Shown: in pieces, positions 27,002-32,000 of the stretch
Layout of the letters: each line of letters opens with the position of its first letter
Position numbering within the stretch: position 1 is the first letter of the stretch
Source of the DNA: Candidatus Iainarchaeum sp.
GTDB taxonomy: Archaea > Iainarchaeota > Iainarchaeia > Iainarchaeales > CSSED10-239
Direction: 5' to 3'
Assembly: GCA_028700115.1 (NCBI GenBank)
Contig: JAQVTI010000002.1
Span: forward strand, 49,821-81,820
Length of the DNA: 32,000 nucleotides
Position numbers and translations under genes: made by a program
The notes under the pieces: model-generated
The model's database searches: none
Told to the model about the DNA's origin: nothing
What the model saw: only the letters and a program-made list of their open reading frames with translations

Positions 27002-30000
27002 ATGTTATTTAATAAAAAATTTTTTGGAATTTTATTAGTTTTTATATTTACTTTTTTTGCTTTTTCTGTAAATATTTTTGCAGAAGCAACAGAATGGACT
27101 GGTGGAGATGTTGGTTTAAAGATTAACTCTTTAAAATTTAATGAAGATACTAATGTTCTTGATTTTAATTTTTCTGTAAATTCTAATAAACCTATTTACT
27201 GTGCTTTTGTTTTTGATAAAGATATTAGTCCAGAAATAGATTCTTTTTTATCTAAAAATATGTATGATAAATCAGATACTGTTTCTATGGTATTTAATAC
27301 TCCTATAAAAGTTATAAAATATAATACAGATATGTTTTCTCCAACTAATGCAGATGAATTTTTTATAAAATCATATAATTTAAATGCTGTTAATTCTAAA
27401 TTTTTAGATTTATCAAAATTTTCTAAAGTTGCTTTATATTGTGTTCAATATATAGGAGATTCTAAAGCGGATTATATGGGTAGTTCAAAAAAATTAATAG
27501 GTACTAATAAAGGATTACGAGAATATATTTCTGATAACTTAAATAAAGAAGATGATTCTTTTAAGAAAGGGACTTTGTTTAATAGAAATTCATTATTTAG
27601 AACTGAATTACATATTTTTGAAGAACCTAATCAAGAAGCTTCTAAGTTTATTTTAAATTTAGATGATTCTGATGAAACAGAAGATGAAACTGAAAAAGAA
27701 GATGATTCTAAAAATAAAATAACTACACAAACTTCATCTAAACCTATTAATCACATTTCATTTTTAGAAGTTTCTTCAAATAATGAAAATGCAATTTGTT
27801 CAAATGGAATTTGTTATATAAATACAGATTCTACAGATTCTTTTAATATTAAAAATCAAGTTAATTTTGATGATGGAAAAGAATATTTAGTTCATACAAG
27901 AATTTTATCAATTGGTATTTTACAATCTAGTTTAGAAGATTATATTTTAAATACATTTGAATATTCAAATAATGCAGCTGGGAATTTAACTGAAAATATA
28001 AATTTTATAGATAATGCTTATTTTAAAGGAAATTTAGATGAATTTAATTTAGAAGGAAAACTTGGTTCAAATCAAGTTATTTTAGTTGCAACAAGTTATA
28101 AAACAGATAATGGTTCAACTTATACAAATTATAGTATTTATATGGGAGTAGATAATTCTGAGTTTTCAAAAATTTTATTATATGAAGGAAATAGAAGTAT
28201 AATAAATGCATCTTGTCCTGATTGTTTAGGATTTTATGTTTCTTCAAGTATTATTCCTAAAGTTAAAGATACTTTAGAAAATACTTTAAATATAGAAAAA
28301 TTAGAAAATGTTTTAGAAGGATTAACTTGTAGTTATTCTCAAACTCCAATTGATCCTAAAGAAACTAAAGCAGTTCAAATTCCTGGATGTGATATTAGTA
28401 CTTTAGATCCTAAAGGATATCAAAAATGTGTAACTGATACTTTATTAGAATATAAGGACGTTAGACCAATTCAATATGGAGATAATTATATTTGTGAAGA
28501 AACAGAAGAAGTTTTTGAACCTTCTGGAGATTTAATTGATTGTTTTACAATGATTAAACTTTCTGATAAATCTGTAAGAGATGATGATAGAAATTTTATT
28601 TCTGATTCTGATAAAAATTTTGAAACAATTATAGATGGTAAGAAAAAATCAAGTTTAACTTTTTTAGAAAAATATGATGATTCTAGGATTAAAGTTATAT
28701 TTGATGATATTACTTCTAAAATGACATTTTCTGATGAAGAAAAAGCTGTGTTTTGGGCAAACATAATGGAAGAATCTGGATTTAAAAATAAATCTAGTGA
28801 CAATGGTGAGTCTGTGTCTTTATCTCAAGTTTATATTCCTTATTGGAATGATGAAGATGAATATAATATGATTGCAGATTATATGAAATTAATTAATACT
28901 GATATGACTTATCAAATTTATAAAACAGATTATATTGATACAAATTTAAAAGATATAGAAAAAAGTCTTGAAGTTGGAGCTGCAATCTTTTTATATATGA
29001 GAGATAAAATTGCAGGTAATTTTAACTGTTTAAATGAAAAAACTAGAGAATATGTAGATTCTCCTAATAGGTGTGATAAAGACGCAAATAGTTGTCTAGC
29101 AATTAATACTGCTTTTGTTACATTTTATTTGTATAATGCAGGTGAAGATGAATTACCTGATTTTACAAAAGGAATTCCAGAAGTAGGATCAGAGTATACT
29201 ATTAAGTTATATACTATAGATGAGATGAAAAATGCAAAAGATTCTAAATCAGATGGAATTTTACCTCATCATATTGTTTTGTCATCTACAAGAAAAGTTG
29301 GACATTATTTAGCATATAAAGAACATTATTATGGAGTTTCTGTTTCAAGTACATCTGCTAATAATTCAACTACAACAGGAAGTTCTGTAAAAAATGAAAC
29401 TACAACAGGAAGTTCAGCTTCAAATCAAACAAGTACTTCTTCAGAAACTGTTGAAAAAGAACTTGAAGAATTAAAAAATCCTGAAAATAATTATAGTGGA
29501 GATCCTGAAAATTATATGACAATAGGTGGATCTATTGATAATTTTTTAAAAGAAGTTAATCCTAAGAGATTTCCTGATCCTGCTTTGAGAGAATGTATTG
29601 CTAATCATTATCAATTAGGTGGTTTAGAGAATATAGAATCATTAGATTGTAGTTCTTTTCCTATTAAAAATTTACAAGGAATTGAATATTTAGAATATTT
29701 GAAGATAGTTAATTTAGATTCTGGAGATGAAATTGAAAATTTAAATTTTTTATCTAATTTAGAATATTTAAAAAAGCTTGATATTGATTCTTATGGTCAA
29801 GTAGATACTTCTTTTTTATTAAATTTATCTAGTTTAAATTATTTATCTTTAAGAGGTATAGAAAATTTAGATGTTTCCCATTTAGTAAATTTAAATAATT
29901 TAAATACTCTTATTCTTAATTATAGTAGTCTTATAAATTATTCTGAATTATCTAATTTAACAAATTTATCTGAATTTGATGCAATGAGTTCTAATATAAC

Positions 30001-30874
30001 TGATATTTCATTTATATCTAATTTAACAAAGTTAGAAATTTTAAATTTATGTTATAATTCTATTACTGATATATCTCCTATATCAAATTTAACAAATTTA
30101 AATCATTTGAATCTTCGTAGTTGTTCTACAATTACTGATATTTCTTCTTTATCAGGTTTAACTAATTTATCTTCTCTTGATGTAAGTAATAATGATATTT
30201 CGGATTTAAGTCCTTTATTTGGTATTTCAAATTTAAATTATTTAGATGTTATATCTAATAATCTAGATGCAGAAGATATTAAAGAAGTTGAAAATAATTT
30301 GACTGGATTATTACATTTTTATCATGATGAATTTGAAGAAACAGGTACTGTTAGTACTCAAAATAATTCAAATTCAAATTCAAAATTAGAATTAGATTTA
30401 GAAAATAAATTCCCTGATGAACAATTTAGATTATGTGTTAGTGATATTTTAGCTAAATCTACTGTGACTGATCCAAATTATATATTTTTAACAATTACAG
30501 AATTAGATTGTCAAAGTTATGGTGTTAAATCTATAAAAGGAATTAATTATTTTCCAAATTTAACTACTTTAAATTTAGCAGGTAATGAAATTAGTGATAT
30601 TAATCCATTAAAAGCATTATATAAATTAGAATATTTAGATTTAAAAGTAAATGAACTAAATAATAATAGTTGTGAAAAAGAATCTTGGAGAATATTTAGT
30701 AATGTGGATATTGATAATTGTTTTGATCATATGTCTAATTTAAAATCTTTAGATATTAGTCTTAATATTAATCTTGGGGAAACTGCTAATAAAGAAATTT
30801 TAGAAGATTTGCCTGAAAATTCTAAGTTAACTTGTACTGAAAATGCTATTACTAAAATTTATATTAATAAATAA
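27002..30874 (+). CDS. Large secreted protein (1290 aa): signal peptide, beta-rich N-terminal region, lytic-transglycosylase/lysozyme-like segment, Ser/Thr linker, leucine-rich repeats
   Basis: Signal peptide MLFNKKFFGILLVFIFTFFAFSVNIFAEA; 'VFWANIMEESGFKNKSSDNGESVSLSQVYIPYW' ... 'LEVGAAIFLYMRD' ... 'AFVTFYLYNAGEDELP'; linker SSTSANNSTTTGSSVKNETTTGSSASNQTSTSS; LRRs 'NLTNLNHLNLRSCSTITDISSLSGLTNLSSLDVSNNDISDLSPL'. Confidence 0.85.
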   Translation: MLFNKKFFGILLVFIFTFFAFSVNIFAEATEWTGGDVGLKINSLKFNEDTNVLDFNFSVNSNKPIYCAFVFDKDISPEIDSFLSKNMYDKSDTVSMVFNTPIKVIKYNTDMFSPTNADEFFIKSYNLNAVNSKFLDLSKFSKVALYCVQYIGDSKADYMGSSKKLIGTNKGLREYISDNLNKEDDSFKKGTLFNRNSLFRTELHIFEEPNQEASKFILNLDDSDETEDETEKEDDSKNKITTQTSSKPINHISFLEVSSNNENAICSNGICYINTDSTDSFNIKNQVNFDDGKEYLVHTRILSIGILQSSLEDYILNTFEYSNNAAGNLTENINFIDNAYFKGNLDEFNLEGKLGSNQVILVATSYKTDNGSTYTNYSIYMGVDNSEFSKILLYEGNRSIINASCPDCLGFYVSSSIIPKVKDTLENTLNIEKLENVLEGLTCSYSQTPIDPKETKAVQIPGCDISTLDPKGYQKCVTDTLLEYKDVRPIQYGDNYICEETEEVFEPSGDLIDCFTMIKLSDKSVRDDDRNFISDSDKNFETIIDGKKKSSLTFLEKYDDSRIKVIFDDITSKMTFSDEEKAVFWANIMEESGFKNKSSDNGESVSLSQVYIPYWNDEDEYNMIADYMKLINTDMTYQIYKTDYIDTNLKDIEKSLEVGAAIFLYMRDKIAGNFNCLNEKTREYVDSPNRCDKDANSCLAINTAFVTFYLYNAGEDELPDFTKGIPEVGSEYTIKLYTIDEMKNAKDSKSDGILPHHIVLSSTRKVGHYLAYKEHYYGVSVSSTSANNSTTTGSSVKNETTTGSSASNQTSTSSETVEKELEELKNPENNYSGDPENYMTIGGSIDNFLKEVNPKRFPDPALRECIANHYQLGGLENIESLDCSSFPIKNLQGIEYLEYLKIVNLDSGDEIENLNFLSNLEYLKKLDIDSYGQVDTSFLLNLSSLNYLSLRGIENLDVSHLVNLNNLNTLILNYSSLINYSELSNLTNLSEFDAMSSNITDISFISNLTKLEILNLCYNSITDISPISNLTNLNHLNLRSCSTITDISSLSGLTNLSSLDVSNNDISDLSPLFGISNLNYLDVISNNLDAEDIKEVENNLTGLLHFYHDEFEETGTVSTQNNSNSNSKLELDLENKFPDEQFRLCVSDILAKSTVTDPNYIFLTITELDCQSYGVKSIKGINYFPNLTTLNLAGNEISDINPLKALYKLEYLDLKVNELNNNSCEKESWRIFSNVDIDNCFDHMSNLKSLDISLNINLGETANKEILEDLPENSKLTCTENAITKIYINK
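29570..30871 (+). repeat. Two leucine-rich-repeat blocks (SDS22/internalin-like, about 22-aa units), each opened by an 'FPDxxxRxCxxxxx' cap
   Basis: Caps FPDPALRECIANHY (29570) and FPDEQFRLCVSDIL (30410); LxxLxxLxLxxNxIxDIxxLxxL units. Confidence 0.85.
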
Positions 30875-30887
30875 ATGATGATTAAAT

Positions 30888-31913
30888 ATGTTTAGTGTTT
30901 TTAAGAAAAAAAATAAGAACTCTAAACATAGACTTCTTTCTTTAGGTATAGAATCTACTGCGCATACTCTTGGAATTGGAATTATTGATAATTCTGGTAA
31001 AGAATATGTAAATATAAAAAGACAATTCAAACAAGAAGACACAGCAAGTGGTTTTAAACCATTTGATGCAGCTAATTTTCACTATCAAAATGCTTTGCCT
31101 TTACTAAAAGACGCATTAACTAAAGCAAATTTAAAGATGAAAGACATAGATGTTATTTCATTTTCAAAAAGCCCAGGTCTTGCACCTTCTCTTTCAGTTG
31201 GAGCTACTTTTGCAAGAACTTTGTCTATTAAATATAATAAACCAATAGTTGGTGTAAATCATTGTGTTGCGCATCTAGAGATAGGAAAAACTCTAACAGG
31301 AGCAAAAGATCCTTTATTTATTTTTACATCTGGAGCAAACACACAAATTATTGCAAGAAACTATAATAAATATAGAGTTGTTGGAGAAACATTAGATATG
31401 GGTCTTGGAAATTTACTAGATACTTTTGCAAGAGATTTAGGTTATGGTTTTCCTGGTGGACCTGTTTTGGACAAAATGTATTTTGAATCAACTAACTATA
31501 TAGATCTACCTTATACTGTAAAAGGAATGGATTTAGCCTTTTCTGGACTTTTGACATCTGCTCAGAAAAAAATTGAAAAAGTAAAAAAAGAAGATCTAGT
31601 TTATTCATTTGTTCATACAGCATACGCTATGGTTCTAGAAGTTTGTGAGAGAGCATTATCATATACTAAAAAAAAAGAAATCATGGTAGTTGGTGGAGTT
31701 GCAGCTTCAAAAGCTCTAAAAAGCATGCTTGAATCTTTTTGTAAACAAAGAGGAGTTAAGATGTTTTTAGTTCCAATTGCAGCATGTATGGATAATGGTT
31801 TAATGATTGCTGATTTAGGTTTAAAGGAATATATTGCAAATGGTTCAAATAAACTTGAAGAAACTATAATTAATCCAACAGAGAGAGTAGATCAAGTAAT
31901 TATTAACTTTTAA
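30888..31913 (+). CDS. kae1: Kae1/TsaD, t6A tRNA threonylcarbamoyltransferase (KEOPS catalytic subunit), not fused to Bud32 in this ORF
   Basis: 'LLSLGIESTAHTLGIGIID', 'VNHCVAHLEIGKTLTGAKDPLFIFTSGANTQII', 'GETLDMGLGNLLDTFARDLG', 'VVGGVAASKALKSML'. Confidence 0.96.
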   Translation: MFSVFKKKNKNSKHRLLSLGIESTAHTLGIGIIDNSGKEYVNIKRQFKQEDTASGFKPFDAANFHYQNALPLLKDALTKANLKMKDIDVISFSKSPGLAPSLSVGATFARTLSIKYNKPIVGVNHCVAHLEIGKTLTGAKDPLFIFTSGANTQIIARNYNKYRVVGETLDMGLGNLLDTFARDLGYGFPGGPVLDKMYFESTNYIDLPYTVKGMDLAFSGLLTSAQKKIEKVKKEDLVYSFVHTAYAMVLEVCERALSYTKKKEIMVVGGVAASKALKSMLESFCKQRGVKMFLVPIAACMDNGLMIADLGLKEYIANGSNKLEETIINPTERVDQVIINF

Positions 31914-32000
31914 AAATATATATATATATAAATTATATATGAAATATAAATTTTTTTTAATATTTTTTTTTATTTTATTTTTTTCAATAAATATATTTGT

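Noticed and set aside
28486-28803. Minus-strand ORF 28486-28803
   Set aside because: Antisense to the large secreted protein and composed mainly of Ser/Leu/Ile from complementary codons.
27002-30874. Idea that the C-terminal region is a phage tail/receptor-binding protein
   Set aside because: Signal peptide, LRR type and isolated chromosomal context between cysS and kae1 give no viral neighbourhood.
30827-31042. Minus-strand ORF 30827-31042
   Set aside because: Antisense to the 3' end of the LRR gene and the kae1 start.

Overview
AT-rich archaeal chromosome window. The gene set, the short-gene style, archaeal-type tRNAs, GatD/GatE, thermosome, Kae1 and class III signal-peptide pilins suggest a DPANN-type (Pacearchaeota/Woesearchaeota-like) genome; this assignment is inferred. 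The backbone is housekeeping: nth, tldE/tldD, gatD/gatE, a HIT hydrolase, a thermosome subunit, an OB-fold protein, a Na+/H+ antiporter, ileS, asnS, cysS, kae1 and three tRNAs (Gln-TTG, Ile-GAT and an unusual Ile-TAT). The non-routine content is: (1) a two-gene pilin/surface locus at 5.2-7.9 kb. Its second gene has an in-frame TAA inside the class III signal peptide, a Cys-rich CGDGxC repeat array, and a ~132-aa mini-Hint (intein-like) domain ending HN|P, inserted next to a DNRLRE-like beta domain. (2) A 1290-aa secreted protein combining a lytic-transglycosylase/lysozyme-like segment with two leucine-rich-repeat blocks. (3) A probable histone-fold protein with an acidic tail beside a super-acidic mini-protein. 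(4) tRNA-Ile(UAU) in an archaeon. (5) A decayed GLUG-type adhesin C-terminus at 0.7-0.9 kb. (6) Phased short tandem repeats in the promoter regions of the pilin and GtrA genes. No CRISPR array, transposase or rRNA was recognised.
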